Assembly: GCA_000146045.2 (NCBI GenBank)
Contig: BK006946.2
Span: 64,001-128,000 of the forward strand
DNA: 64,000 nucleotides
Source of the DNA: TPA_inf: Saccharomyces
Lineage: Eukaryota
Direction: 5' to 3'
Part shown: piece after piece, positions 21,987-33,371 of the stretch
Layout: every line of letters starts with the position of its first letter
How positions within the stretch are numbered: position 1 is the stretch's first letter
Translations under genes and position numbers: made by a program
The notes under the pieces: generated by a model
What the model was told of the DNA's origin: nothing
What the model saw: only the letters and a program-made list of their open reading frames with translations
Database searches by the model: none

Positions 21987-22739
21987 TCATAATGCTTCTA
22001 ATCTATCATTTATTTCTTGAGAAGTTAATTTTCTAAATCTAGGGCCTTTATCGGTTGGAATACCAGTGTAGCCTAGCAAGTCAGGGTTCTCATCGCCAAT
22101 AATAGCCAGTTCAATGGTGTCACCATTGAATTCGCCCTCTACCGACTCCTTCAGCGTTAGTAAGGCAATATGAATGGCGTCTTCTAGTTCCAGTTCATCA
22201 TTCCATCTTTTCTCTAAAAACGTTTTTGCCGCCACAGAACCTTTTCCTATAGCGGTGGCTTTCCAAGGGAAGTAGGAACCGGAAGGATCCACTTGATATA
22301 AACTAAACCCATTAAATTCGTCGTGGCCAGCAATCAACAGTGAAACACCAAAGGGTCTGACACCACCGGACTGTGTAGCCTCTTGCATTATTTTGGCTAC
22401 TTCAGAAACCAGTAATTTGGTGGGAGGGTATTCACCATAAATTCGTTTATAACTAGTATGTGCTACCTTTCTTGATTTATCCACTAAAACTCTATAATCA
22501 GGCCCCATACCGGAATATACTGCACCAATGTCCGGTGTTAGTAAGGATACCTTCGAAAGTGTTTCTGACATGGCCAGTGGCGAGGACGACTTCTTTTCTG
22601 TGGCAATTACTACACCATTCGTAGCTTTTATACCCAATGAGGTGACACCTTGTTTTACTGCCGTCAAGGCGTAATCAATTTGACCCAATTTACCGCTGGG
22701 AGAAAAAGTGGTCAACGAAAAAGAATATCTGTCGGTCAT
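21987..22739 (-). CDS. PRE8: 20S proteasome alpha-2 subunit, 250 aa.
   Basis: 250-aa ORF with the proteasome alpha N-terminal signature ([20 protein letters not shown]). The length matches YML092C. Confidence 0.92.
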
Positions 22740-22850
22740 AATTATAGAACTGTGTTGATTGGTGTCTTATGGTTGCTTACTACTAATTGAAACTAAAAAT
22801 ATAAAATGCTTCACCTATTCCACTCTCAGCTTATTGGGGCCGGGGACAAT

Positions 22851-22859
22851 TTTGCCACC
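22851..22859 (-). promoter_or_regulatory. Proteasome-associated control element (PACE, an Rpn4 site GGTGGCAAA) about 115 bp upstream of PRE8.
   Basis: The plus strand reads TTTGCCACC, which is a perfect GGTGGCAAA nonamer on the PRE8 coding strand. Confidence 0.55.
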
Positions 22860-22940
22860 TTAATAAGCTATTATCGCTTTTCACGTCGAAAGGAAAAAAT
22901 AAAAGCGTAAGCAATGGTGTAGATACTTCTTATATAGACG

Positions 22941-23060
<120 letters not shown>

Positions 23061-23122
23061 GACATTAATTACTTGTAATTATGTTATAACAGTGAAATAA
23101 ATAAAATATCAAATTGTAAAGG

Positions 23123-26100
23123 TCATGCTTGAAGAGGCTTGCTCTTCCTTAAAAGGGACCTGAATTCCCTGACCTTTTCAATATTGGCATCATTTCCACT
23201 AGTGATGAAGCTTTCTTCTAGATAGCTCAGTATCTTATTGAGACCTTTCTGTTGGAGTGAATAGATCAACCCATTCTGAAGGACTAACGAGGAAGCGTGT
23301 TCGTTTATATAAATAGTTTCGATCAAGTTATTGAACAACATTGAAGGAGTGAAAGGATTTAAAAAAGACTCGACTGAAACCAAGGTCTTCAGTTCATCCA
23401 TGTCCAATTCAGGTGACTTCAAATAAGCTTTGAATCTGCAGTAGTTCTTTACTTTTTCTCTCAATTTTTCCTTCATTGATTTGTCATTTTCAATGCTGGG
23501 AGACAATAGTCTGATGGAATCATACAAATTGTTTAGCATTTGATTCAGGATTTCTTTTTTAACTTTTGCTGCCATTCCACCGACGTTGAAGTTCATGAGG
23601 TGATCTGAATGGGCAATTAAGTTGTACGTCGATAGTAAATTTATGAAGCTTGTTTGGCTGGATAAAATATTGGCGAATTGTAATGTATTTTCCGGACTTT
23701 CATAATACGTGATGTTCCTATTGAAACTATCCAAAAATAAGGCAAATGTATAAAGGTCCATAGTCTTATGGGGGGTTCTCAGCTCCCTTGGAGTCTTTTC
23801 AAACAGCGTGAATGCCCCTTTTAAATCATTCTTATTAATTAAATATTCTAGCTGAATATCAATTTTTGATGATTCGCTTATTTTGTCATTAAACTTTTTA
23901 GAGAGACTTTCATACTTCTTGAATTCACCAGACCTGATACAAGATTTTAATAAAAGTTCCAAATTTAACACCGGAACAATATTATTATATCTCAAAATAT
24001 CTGCGTACTTACCGCCGTCAAACAGTCTTTCATAAATCAGCTCAATAGCATTTTTGTTTTCGGCTTGAATAGCAATACTTTTGAACTTTTCTGGGAAATC
24101 ACAGATTCTTATGAAATTCGATAAAGATTCGCAGTTTTCGATTAATTTTAACATAGAATCATTTCTTAAATTTGGCACAAAAACTTTGCTAAATTTTGGA
24201 TTATTGATTATCAATTGGGTTAGGTTCCTACCAGGAATCTTTGAAATCATCAAATTTACGATATTTTTTAGTTCAATTGAATCAGGGCATACCTCTAAGC
24301 ACTTGTCAATAATTTGTTTGTTAATAGCTCGTTTAATTATCAATTCTTTATAAGTGTCATAATCAAAGCAATAACCTTCTTTGCTCAATTTCGTAAATTC
24401 TCTTATACCACCTCTGGGTGAGTTCCTGATGAAAGAACCTAGTGACAAAGGATAAGATTTGTCCCAATCACCTGGATGATTGAAAAAGTTCAATAAATCT
24501 TGTCCATTAGCGGTGTCATCTAGGTTAACCATTTTCATAGCTTGAGATACGACACCTGCTAACAAATTAGGATCTAGGTTTAATCTGCAGAAGTTTTGAG
24601 CTAACATTTTAAACTGATGTTCAATTTGATCTCTAAACTTCAAAAGAACCTCGTTGTTGCCATTTTGCAAAATTGGGTAAGTGTCAAAATCAAATAATTT
24701 TGTTACCAAAATTGCATGAATCTCCAGAATGTATGGGAAATCCTTTATTGTCTTTGGAATTTTAATGAAGTTATTAATGCATGATATTAGCCCATTATAG
24801 CTGACCAATTCACAGTTTTCTAAATTGAAATCTTCTACGAAGTTTTTGAAAAACTTTGCGTGGGATATTTTGTTTAATAATGATTGTGATTGGAAATTAT
24901 CAACTATCATATTTAAGAATTGAAATTTGTTAATTGAGTTGCTCTTCTTGATAAACTCAGCGTGTGATTCAATAAATCTCATAAGGTAGTCCTCGCCGCA
25001 CTGAATTTCTCTTAAATAATTGAAAACAAATGGATAAATGCCAATATCAAAAGAAAAATTTTTGACAATGGACTCTTCTAGAATTTTCATAATAACTTCA
25101 TTATCTTTCAATTGTAAAGAATAATCTAACAAAGAGGTCGTAATGGAGTCAACACCGATTGGATGCAGTAAGTAATCTGATAATTTTTGTTTTTTTAATG
25201 GAGACAAATTTCTTTCCATAGGAAAAATATAGTCATATATTTTCTTAGTCAAATTCCAATCTTGGAAACTGTTTGCCATGAAAACCAAATAAAATTCGTA
25301 AGAGAACTCAGGTATCCAATTTAAATTATGGAATTTAAACCATATTTCATAAGCTTTTGAAGGATCTACCTTACTCATCGAAATTAAGAAACTCGATAGC
25401 AATAAAGAAATATTGGAAGCGAGACCATTTGAGCTTTGAATTTTGGAAACTAAATCGTCCAAAAGATTGGTAGCCAGTTCAACTTCGCCAGTTTCAATAA
25501 AACTAGAAAGAATCACGCTGTAAATTTCAAACTGGTCATCAAATAAGCCTTGGTCTGGACTGCCAGATGATAAAGATAGTCTGAAATCTTCATAAAGTTC
25601 TTTAATGGCAAACTTATCATTTGTTAATTTAGCGTATGAGAAGCATGCTATGAAGTAAAAAGAATCTTTGATAAAGGCAGGTGAAGATTTAATAACTTGT
25701 TGGGCTTTTGACAGGGTGATATGGCCCGGATAGATGTTCATCGCTAAAAGGTTATAGTCGAGAACATCTTTGGAAAAATTGCGAAACTTAACCACACTTT
25801 TTTGCTTTGGATCGTTGGTGGTCGTATTGAATAATTCAATGGCAATTTTGTAAAAATCACTACCGTTTGGATTTTCGAACTGATAGGCCAAAATTGAGCC
25901 CTTGAAAAGAGACAATAGTACAATATTATAAATCTCATCAGGAGGTTTTAATCTATTGTTGATCATATCTTGGTAGCACGTCAAGAGTTCGTACATTTTG
26001 TTGTCTAAATCATTGTTATCTAGCGGCCTTTTGCAAAGAGAGTCCAAAACCTTCGTAAATATTTCCAGTGGCGGAACGATATCATTTCTTTTCAATGATT

Positions 26101-26731
26101 GATATAAAGAGTTGATTTTGTTATAATTTTTTTGTTCGTAACAACGATTAATTTCATCAATATGAGTTTGCAAGTATGTAGATTTATTCAGGCATGGTTC
26201 TGTGTCCTCCTTCCAAACTGGAGCGTTTTCGTCTTTTAGAAGGCTGTACTCATTTTGTGGCTGTTGTACTGATGGTTGTGATGTTTTTAATGATAGATCT
26301 TGGAAGTTCCTATTACTAAAGTTTAAGGGGTCATATTGGTTTGTTGGTAATGTGGGGCCGGTAGAATAATACCTATGTTGATTGTTGTTGTTGTTATTAA
26401 CATAGTTTGTACTTTGCTGCTGCTTCAGCGATCGAAGGGAAACGTTTTGGTTATAAAGTAGTTCTTCGTGGGTGAGGGGGTTGTTAGTGTTGTTTATGCT
26501 AGAATCCAGGTCGTGCGGATGCAAAATATCATCTACGTTGTTATAGTTTACATTCGCTACTACGACCGGATGAGGATGTAGATGAGATGCATGAAGTACG
26601 GGATCCGAATTTACCAAACCTTGGTTTTGCCTTAGATACTGGTAGGAGCTATCGAAAAAAGATGTTGCAGTTTTCTTTTGAGCGGCGGAACGATGATAAC
26701 CTTTAGAGTATATGAATGATTTGAAAGCCAT
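23123..26731 (-). CDS. RPM2: Mitochondrial RNase P protein subunit, 1202 aa.
   Basis: 1202-aa ORF with an N-terminal region rich in Asn/Gln/His/Tyr and a long helical, PPR-like repeat body. The length matches YML091C. Confidence 0.9.
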   Translation of the reverse strand: MAFKSFIYSKGYHRSAAQKKTATSFFDSSYQYLRQNQGLVNSDPVLHASHLHPHPVVVANVNYNNVDDILHPHDLDSSINNTNNPLTHEELLYNQNVSLRSLKQQQSTNYVNNNNNNQHRYYSTGPTLPTNQYDPLNFSNRNFQDLSLKTSQPSVQQPQNEYSLLKDENAPVWKEDTEPCLNKSTYLQTHIDEINRCYEQKNYNKINSLYQSLKRNDIVPPLEIFTKVLDSLCKRPLDNNDLDNKMYELLTCYQDMINNRLKPPDEIYNIVLLSLFKGSILAYQFENPNGSDFYKIAIELFNTTTNDPKQKSVVKFRNFSKDVLDYNLLAMNIYPGHITLSKAQQVIKSSPAFIKDSFYFIACFSYAKLTNDKFAIKELYEDFRLSLSSGSPDQGLFDDQFEIYSVILSSFIETGEVELATNLLDDLVSKIQSSNGLASNISLLLSSFLISMSKVDPSKAYEIWFKFHNLNWIPEFSYEFYLVFMANSFQDWNLTKKIYDYIFPMERNLSPLKKQKLSDYLLHPIGVDSITTSLLDYSLQLKDNEVIMKILEESIVKNFSFDIGIYPFVFNYLREIQCGEDYLMRFIESHAEFIKKSNSINKFQFLNMIVDNFQSQSLLNKISHAKFFKNFVEDFNLENCELVSYNGLISCINNFIKIPKTIKDFPYILEIHAILVTKLFDFDTYPILQNGNNEVLLKFRDQIEHQFKMLAQNFCRLNLDPNLLAGVVSQAMKMVNLDDTANGQDLLNFFNHPGDWDKSYPLSLGSFIRNSPRGGIREFTKLSKEGYCFDYDTYKELIIKRAINKQIIDKCLEVCPDSIELKNIVNLMISKIPGRNLTQLIINNPKFSKVFVPNLRNDSMLKLIENCESLSNFIRICDFPEKFKSIAIQAENKNAIELIYERLFDGGKYADILRYNNIVPVLNLELLLKSCIRSGEFKKYESLSKKFNDKISESSKIDIQLEYLINKNDLKGAFTLFEKTPRELRTPHKTMDLYTFALFLDSFNRNITYYESPENTLQFANILSSQTSFINLLSTYNLIAHSDHLMNFNVGGMAAKVKKEILNQMLNNLYDSIRLLSPSIENDKSMKEKLREKVKNYCRFKAYLKSPELDMDELKTLVSVESFLNPFTPSMLFNNLIETIYINEHASSLVLQNGLIYSLQQKGLNKILSYLEESFITSGNDANIEKVREFRSLLRKSKPLQA

Positions 26732-28234
26732 TTTCGTTTGTGTATGCTTGTTTTTTCTTTTCTGTTTGTTGTAGTCTCTATAAATTTAAATGCACTTATC
26801 TTTTTATGCAAAAAAAGCTGGGCGAGTTATTTGTTTCTATATTTGTATAATTTTTTTTTTTGTGAAGATGAATATAAACTGACAAAAAATTGTGTCAGAG
26901 TTGAAGCTATAGCTCCTTTTATGATGTGTCTTGGTTCTTTGGGTGCGATATTAGGGAAACAACGCACAGCAAATTTTCTTCTGCTTTCTTATAACGTTAT
27001 AAACAATCCTGTTGTCTTGGTTTATTATGTGGAAAACTTTTCACGGATCAATTTTATAAAGCATACAACTAAAGAGAAAAGTGTAATATGGACGAACGAG
27101 AGACAACTTAATCCATGGATTTGTAATTGACGTGTGTATGATTCGAGGGAAACTGACAGTTTTTGCTTTGTCATGGGGGAATTGTAAGGCACACCGAGTC
27201 TCGGCCCCGAGTGCCTGGCCAATGAGAACGCGCGCATTCGGAGCTGCCCCACTTTTTGTGCGCTCTTGCATTTCATTGGTTAGCCGGAGGAATTCGGCGG
27301 TTAAAAGCGGACTCGAGCGGAAATAAAGTCTTTGCTTATTGTATGCCAGGAAAAGCTCTACAAATCTACTAAAAGAGTCAAATATACAGCTTTGCCAAGC
27401 GTGCGGCATAGGGAATAACAACAAATTGGAAATGTGCGGCTAGCGTAATCTTGGTATCTACTACCGACTCTGAAGAGTTTAGCGGGCTCTCAGACGGTTT
27501 TTTCGCTTTTGGCATTTTATTCAGGTAGCCTTAGATGTTAAATTTTCCATGGCATCTTGCGTAAAGCCTGCTAGGTTCCTTGCCACGTATAATTGCGCCG
27601 CGAATTCTGTGATAAATATATTGTAAGATTTTCTGTTGTCTTGGAATTGCTCTCTCTTTAAATAATACTTTATATGTTTACCCCAATTCTTTGCCGCCGA
27701 AAGGTCAGCGTTGCATTACGTGGTGTCCGGTCGCTATTTCCTGGGTTTTCTGCGGCAGATTCGCACTGCGCGCCACAGCTGCAACAACTGCAGTGTTATT
27801 TCGGGTGCCAATTTAGCGTGCTTCGATCTAACTATTCTGTAAATTCTGTAGTGACTCTTTAGGGCGAAGTACGTATTTCATGATTTAAAATCCCCGTCTT
27901 CAAATATACCGAAAAAAGAAACAAGACATTTTTTAGCAGTTTATGTACGCATTTTAAAAGCCGGGAAATGCTTCTTGTTACCCCTTTTGGCGCTTTGGAT
28001 AAGTAGTTCACTTAGCTATTTTTTTTTCCGGTTCGAACTCGGGGTGAGGCTTTATCATGCACTTTTTTTTGGCTATTATTAATTTTCGCAGCCTTAATTT
28101 TTCCCTTTCCATTTTCTCGCATGTGGCGGTTTTCAGTATTACTTAGAGATGCCTTAAATAAATCTAACAGGCAGGTATACCAGGTACGAGTTAAAAACCT
28201 TTATCAGGTGGCCGACACTAGGGAATAAGACAGC

Positions 28235-30241
28235 ATGGAGCGGCCTGGCTTGGTATTGCAGGACCTTCCACCCGAAATCCTGATAAACATCTTTTCTCAC
28301 TTAGACGAAAAGGACTTGTTCACGTTGCAAGAACTTTCTACGCATTTCCGGAACTTAATTCACGATGAAGAACTTTGGAAGAACCTGTTTAAGTCTAGAG
28401 TTCACACGACTCATTTCCCCACATTTTCTCAGTCTTCGAAATTTAGTGTAGAGTATATTGAAAGGACACGGGGTCTTCATCATTGGCAGCATAACAAGGC
28501 TATAAGAACCAAATACACAATAATTCCGACGAGAAACTGGGATCAGCCCAGTATAGAACGCATAGTGTTTGATTATCCACGAGTTGCAGCTTATAATGAT
28601 GGTACCATTACAATTTTACAGTTACAAAATCACAAAAGGCAGAAGAAATTTAAGAAATTGATTTATATTCCATGTACAACACCACAAGGTTGTTCTACCA
28701 TGGACTTCAATATTAATGCTGCAGTGTTTGGTAGGTTTGACGGCAGAGTGTTTGGAAAACTGCTAAGTAACAAATCGTACTTAACGCCCGTGATGGAATT
28801 TACGGGAAGGCATAGTGCAGGCGTTACTGCCATTTGTAATTCAGAATCCTGGGACACGTCAAGAGAGGACTGGTCTGTTAGTGGCTCTGAAAACGGTGAA
28901 ATTATATGGTGGTGCGAAAATAAGCTTGTTAAGATGTGGAAGGTTTCTAATAGGGTAATTTGGAAACTGGCTTTTTTTAAAGATTGGACCTTAATTATGG
29001 ATGATGAAAAGCTGTACATTATCCATCAAATGCAGGAATTGCACAGTATTGATATTCCTAAGGATCTGGACGAACAGCCTATGAGGGTACGGTTTTTCAA
29101 GATGGATTTCGGTTCCATGACTTTGGTACTTGCTGACCTGAATAACGTTTATACAATATCGGTCAATCCCAATGGTAACTTCGGCAATTTGAGAAAGTTG
29201 GAGATGCCTGAACAAATATGCGCAGTTGAAATAGATGAAAAAACTTCTCAAAGGGAACAAAACTGGCAATTTGCTGGTGATGACGGCTGCTATATCAGTC
29301 TTTTGACGACACAGAACACTTTATACATTATCAATATAAGAGATCTTTCTTCGTCAGGCTTAAAAGTTCAATGTAAGATAAGTTTTGATGAGCAGGTATA
29401 CGTATCGCAGGTGACAAATTTAATAGTTGTGGTAGCATTGCCAAATGTTCTTCAAATATTGAACGCGATGACAGGCGAGTTAATAAAGACAGTGTTGAAA
29501 ACCGAGAAGTTTCCCGAATTTTTGAAGGTATCGCAGGATAAAATCATTATGGGAAGCGGTAACGTTTTGAATTATTTAAAGTTTGTTTCAAGTGATTCAA
29601 AGAAACATCACCATTCCACTAAAGGTAAAAACACAGTAAGCAATAAGTGGAATGAAACTTTGAACACGGAGCTGCAATATTATGATGAAGATGAAGACCT
29701 TAGAAGAAAAAGACAGTCAGAAATATCAAGATTGATCGATGCGTATGGTGGAGACCTTGAACTTTCAGGCGACACCGATGAAGAAAACGACATTCAGTTG
29801 AGAATTGCACTCTTAGAATCACAGGAGGCGCAAGCACGGAATCAAGCTGAAGCGGGGGAGCCTGTCGGAGATGATGAAGATGAGCAGTTAAGAAGGGCGC
29901 TGGAGGAATCTCAACTGATATATGAGACGCAAACGAATAGCTCTGCGAATCATGGTAATAATACGAATGATGAGATAGATGAAGATGATGAAGAGTTTCT
30001 CAGAGCCATCAGACAATCAAGAGTGGAGGACGAAAGGAGAAGACATCTTAGAAATCATACTACAGGTCGACGAAATGGGCCCTTGAGCGACGATAATTTT
30101 GCTACATATGGTGCAGCAGAGTCATCCGAACGAACCTCAACTGAGAACACTATCGGTAGTTCTGTTGGCGTTGATGCTAGTAATAATGTTGATGAAGACT
30201 TACAATTGGCCATTGCGTTGTCATTGAGTGAAATCAATTGA
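28235..30241 (+). CDS. UFO1: F-box protein (an SCF substrate receptor) with WD-like repeats and four C-terminal ubiquitin-interacting motifs, 668 aa.
   Basis: F-box at residues 8-50 (LPPEILINIFSHLDEKDLFTLQELSTHFRNLI). Four C-terminal UIMs: ENDIQLRIALLESQEA, DEQLRRALEESQL, EEFLRAIRQSR and DEDLQLAIALSLSEIN. The length matches YML088W. Confidence 0.9.
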   Translation: MERPGLVLQDLPPEILINIFSHLDEKDLFTLQELSTHFRNLIHDEELWKNLFKSRVHTTHFPTFSQSSKFSVEYIERTRGLHHWQHNKAIRTKYTIIPTRNWDQPSIERIVFDYPRVAAYNDGTITILQLQNHKRQKKFKKLIYIPCTTPQGCSTMDFNINAAVFGRFDGRVFGKLLSNKSYLTPVMEFTGRHSAGVTAICNSESWDTSREDWSVSGSENGEIIWWCENKLVKMWKVSNRVIWKLAFFKDWTLIMDDEKLYIIHQMQELHSIDIPKDLDEQPMRVRFFKMDFGSMTLVLADLNNVYTISVNPNGNFGNLRKLEMPEQICAVEIDEKTSQREQNWQFAGDDGCYISLLTTQNTLYIINIRDLSSSGLKVQCKISFDEQVYVSQVTNLIVVVALPNVLQILNAMTGELIKTVLKTEKFPEFLKVSQDKIIMGSGNVLNYLKFVSSDSKKHHHSTKGKNTVSNKWNETLNTELQYYDEDEDLRRKRQSEISRLIDAYGGDLELSGDTDEENDIQLRIALLESQEAQARNQAEAGEPVGDDEDEQLRRALEESQLIYETQTNSSANHGNNTNDEIDEDDEEFLRAIRQSRVEDERRRHLRNHTTGRRNGPLSDDNFATYGAAESSERTSTENTIGSSVGVDASNNVDEDLQLAIALSLSEIN

Positions 30242-30430
30242 AAGTATGTACATTTGGAAGAGCATATGTTAAATATTTTATTTATAGATTTTTCGTTGTG
30301 AAATATTATTTTTTTTTTTTTGAAAAAAATGTCGGACTTTATTCCTCCTAATTATTAATAAAATACGAATATATATCTAAATATAATTAATGCTTATTTA
30401 CATGAAAAATCATCAATCGTAAACAGTTGA

Positions 30431-31369
30431 TTAAAAAACAAAAACTTTATCGGTTCCATTACCTTTGTGAAACCCATTACTCCACCCCAACTCCTTTGCA
30501 TAATTCAAAACCATTTCATTCATTTTAGGTGGTCCGCAAATCAATAAACGATGGTCCTCCGCTTGTTTAGGTAGGTATCTTTTCATTTCCTCTAGAGTTA
30601 CGTACCCAACATCACCGTTCCATTTACCGTTTGGCTTATGAATTACATAATGAACTTTAAAATGCGGGTACTCCTTAGCCATGTGGTCTAGTTGCGATTT
30701 CATGAGAATGTCATCCTCTGTTTCGTTTGCGTATATCAAAGAAATGTGTGTTAGGTCTTCTGGAGAGGGTATGATTTCTTGCAGCACTTGCAATACAGGG
30801 GTTATACCAGACCCCCCTGCGATTATACCCAACTCTGTTGCGGTGTCCTGATCATATTCCAGCTCACCTAACGGCCCTTTAAATTCAACATACTGGCGAA
30901 TTTTTAATTTATCAAAATACTTAGAAACGACACCATGTTTATACGTCTTGACTACTAATTCCAAGTGACCCTCCGTATTAGGAACATTTACTGGCGTATA
31001 GTACCTCACTAATCGCTCACCATTTATTGTAACCCTTACTGCCAGGTGGTATCCCATGGGAATATGCAATCTTTCAAATGGGTACTTTAACTTGAAGCAG
31101 TACAGACTAGTATTACGAGAAATGCGGGTCTTCTTGGATAGCGGTAGCGCGACCCATTTATTTCTGTAAAGAGATTTATCAGTTCCAATCGAAATAAACG
31201 CTGTGGCATAAAGTACTACGAATTGCAGCAATGAAACGACCACGATTCTACCATTTTGCGTTTTCCAAAAGTAAAGAGGTGTAACCACACAATTCAGAAG
31301 CAATCCAGTACAAAATGGATAAAACGGATTTGTCGAAACAAAAGATATGCATGTCTCTACTATCGACAT
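30431..31369 (-). CDS. AIM33: NADH-cytochrome b5 reductase-like flavoprotein with an N-terminal membrane anchor, 312 aa.
   Basis: N-terminal transmembrane segments, an FAD-binding RYYTP motif and an NAD-binding GGSGITP motif. The 312-aa length matches YML087C. Confidence 0.82.
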   Translation of the reverse strand: MSIVETCISFVSTNPFYPFCTGLLLNCVVTPLYFWKTQNGRIVVVSLLQFVVLYATAFISIGTDKSLYRNKWVALPLSKKTRISRNTSLYCFKLKYPFERLHIPMGYHLAVRVTINGERLVRYYTPVNVPNTEGHLELVVKTYKHGVVSKYFDKLKIRQYVEFKGPLGELEYDQDTATELGIIAGGSGITPVLQVLQEIIPSPEDLTHISLIYANETEDDILMKSQLDHMAKEYPHFKVHYVIHKPNGKWNGDVGYVTLEEMKRYLPKQAEDHRLLICGPPKMNEMVLNYAKELGWSNGFHKGNGTDKVFVF

Positions 31370-31790
31370 TGTTGCGAATGGTTGCTTTTTACAAAGAAAA
31401 AATGTGATATGAGTTAATACTAAACATACTTAAATCCTAGAGAGAAAAAAAGTACTGCAATATATACAGCACTCAAAATACATTTCTATCTGATTTCTAA
31501 AAACTTCCCTGTAGATGGATCTACGTTACGCCATGCCGATGTTTCGTTTTTGCTTATACGACCAATCATTACCGCGTTCGGCTTTTCCAAAAAAAAAAAA
31601 CTATAGTAAGGATAATGAAAAGAAAAAAGGGTCCCATGATTACTAAAAAGCTCTAATTCAAAAAAAAAGTCTTTGATAGGCAGCTAGGAATAGTTATTAG
31701 AATGTACATGAACAGTCATCACACTGCTATATATATATATATATATATTCTTTTTTAGTAAAATATAGAGATTATTGAGACAAAAAGAGA

Positions 31791-33371
31791 CTAGTCGGAC
31801 AACTCACTAGGATCTATAATACCATTTATGATAGCCCACTGTTTGTTTGCCAAGAATACATTATCGGGATCTTGCTCCTTTCTTATTTTCCGGAACTTTT
31901 TCAAATCCTCGCCATACCATTCTTCAACCTTCAATGCCATCCCCCTCATTTCAAAGTCATCGTAATCAGTATCCTTTTTCACTGGTCCAGCAGCTAGAGT
32001 GGTTGAGCCTAGGAAGTTCTTGGCCCAATGTGGCTTACCTCCCGCTACCATCATAGTATTTTCAAAAAGGGTAAACCATTTATGAATTGGAGTATTACAG
32101 CCAAACGGCCTATAAATGGTAGCATTTATGTACAACGTCAACTGACTGTTGGTAACATTTTCCAACGGAGCAAATCTGCAATGGGATGGTGTGTTATCCA
32201 GGAATGGGCGGCACACATTGCCATAAACGGGACCGGGACTGGTGTTTGTTCTCTTGCTAGTATCCAAGGGTTCAGAAGGTAATGTAGTATTTGAGCAACG
32301 GACTTCCATAGGCACGTGGACATAAAATTCTTTGTTTATGGCAGCCTGCGCAATAGAATGATCCAATGAACGTAAGACTTCCAAACCATTATCCATAGGG
32401 CACCCCCATTCATCAACAAATTGTGAAAACAAACAGTCCATATTAAATCCGCTGATAGAATCGGTAACATTAACATCACCAGTAGAGCTCTTCTCCAATT
32501 TCCCGTATTGCCTGTTGAAAACGAACTTTTCCACAAATGGGGTTAATGGCGCATAGATTTTGGTAGAGATCCATAATAGAGTTTCGTAGAAAAATCTACC
32601 CAGCTTGGTACCCCACCATGACTTGGCTGGACCATTTTGGGCATCTGTAGTTTTGTTACCCCTCCATAGAACACATTTTCTAGTATAAGGGTACCACCAA
32701 ACTCTGATAAATTCAGATGAAGTCCATAGGGTATCCCATTGCTTCAAAAGGTTTTCAAAAGTAATCACTTCTTGAGTGGATTTAATATTGAAGCCGGGAA
32801 CAACCCTGATAGTAGCAGAGACAATGATACCAATTTTTCCAACTGAAAGTAAAGCAGCTTTAAAGACTTCTGGATCGTTTTCAGCATCCAAGAACTTCAA
32901 TTCGCCCTTACCATTAACAATAGTCAAGTTTACGTATTGAGAAGAAATCAAACCGTGATAAGGTGAGGAACCATGACTACCAGTAGAGATTATGCCAGCA
33001 ACACTTTGTTCTGAGATAGAGCCTAAATTTTGGATAGAGTAACCTTTCGCACCCAAAAATTCATTCAATTGGTAAAGCCTCATACCGGCATCAACTGTGA
33101 CATCGGCATAATGTAACTCAGGATATTCAACAAACTTTTGTACTTTGTCCAATCTGTCTAAGTTAACAAGCCATTCATCAGTAACGCACATGTTACTAGG
33201 AGAATGGCCCGAACCAACAGTAACTAAGCTTTTTTCAGCTAGCCTGGCACTCTTTACTAACTCGACAACCTCATCAATTGAACTTGGTTGGAAGTAACGT
33301 TCTGGTTTTGCAGAATAAATTCCGGCCCAGTTTTTGAACACATAGTTCTTTCTAAATGGGATAGTAGACAT
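31791..33371 (-). CDS. ALO1: D-arabinono-1,4-lactone oxidase (FAD-linked, erythroascorbate biosynthesis), 526 aa.
   Basis: 526-aa ORF with an FAD-binding PCMH-type domain (VTVGSGHSP, with the His for covalent FAD) and an ALO C-terminal domain. The length matches YML086C. Confidence 0.9.
   Translation of the reverse strand: MSTIPFRKNYVFKNWAGIYSAKPERYFQPSSIDEVVELVKSARLAEKSLVTVGSGHSPSNMCVTDEWLVNLDRLDKVQKFVEYPELHYADVTVDAGMRLYQLNEFLGAKGYSIQNLGSISEQSVAGIISTGSHGSSPYHGLISSQYVNLTIVNGKGELKFLDAENDPEVFKAALLSVGKIGIIVSATIRVVPGFNIKSTQEVITFENLLKQWDTLWTSSEFIRVWWYPYTRKCVLWRGNKTTDAQNGPAKSWWGTKLGRFFYETLLWISTKIYAPLTPFVEKFVFNRQYGKLEKSSTGDVNVTDSISGFNMDCLFSQFVDEWGCPMDNGLEVLRSLDHSIAQAAINKEFYVHVPMEVRCSNTTLPSEPLDTSKRTNTSPGPVYGNVCRPFLDNTPSHCRFAPLENVTNSQLTLYINATIYRPFGCNTPIHKWFTLFENTMMVAGGKPHWAKNFLGSTTLAAGPVKKDTDYDDFEMRGMALKVEEWYGEDLKKFRKIRKEQDPDNVFLANKQWAIINGIIDPSELSD

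Noticed and set aside
27041-27424. Overlapping 127-aa minus-strand and 64-aa plus-strand ORFs in the RPM2-UFO1 intergenic region (the dubious YML089C and YML090W calls).
   Set aside because: They overlap each other, are Ala/Arg/Ser-biased from GC-rich DNA, and show no homology. I treat them as non-coding (see the finding on this interval).
28028-28044. tRNA T-arm-like motif CCGGTTCGAACTCGGGG.
   Set aside because: The upstream sequence is T-rich with no D-arm, anticodon arm or acceptor pairing. It is not a tRNA gene.
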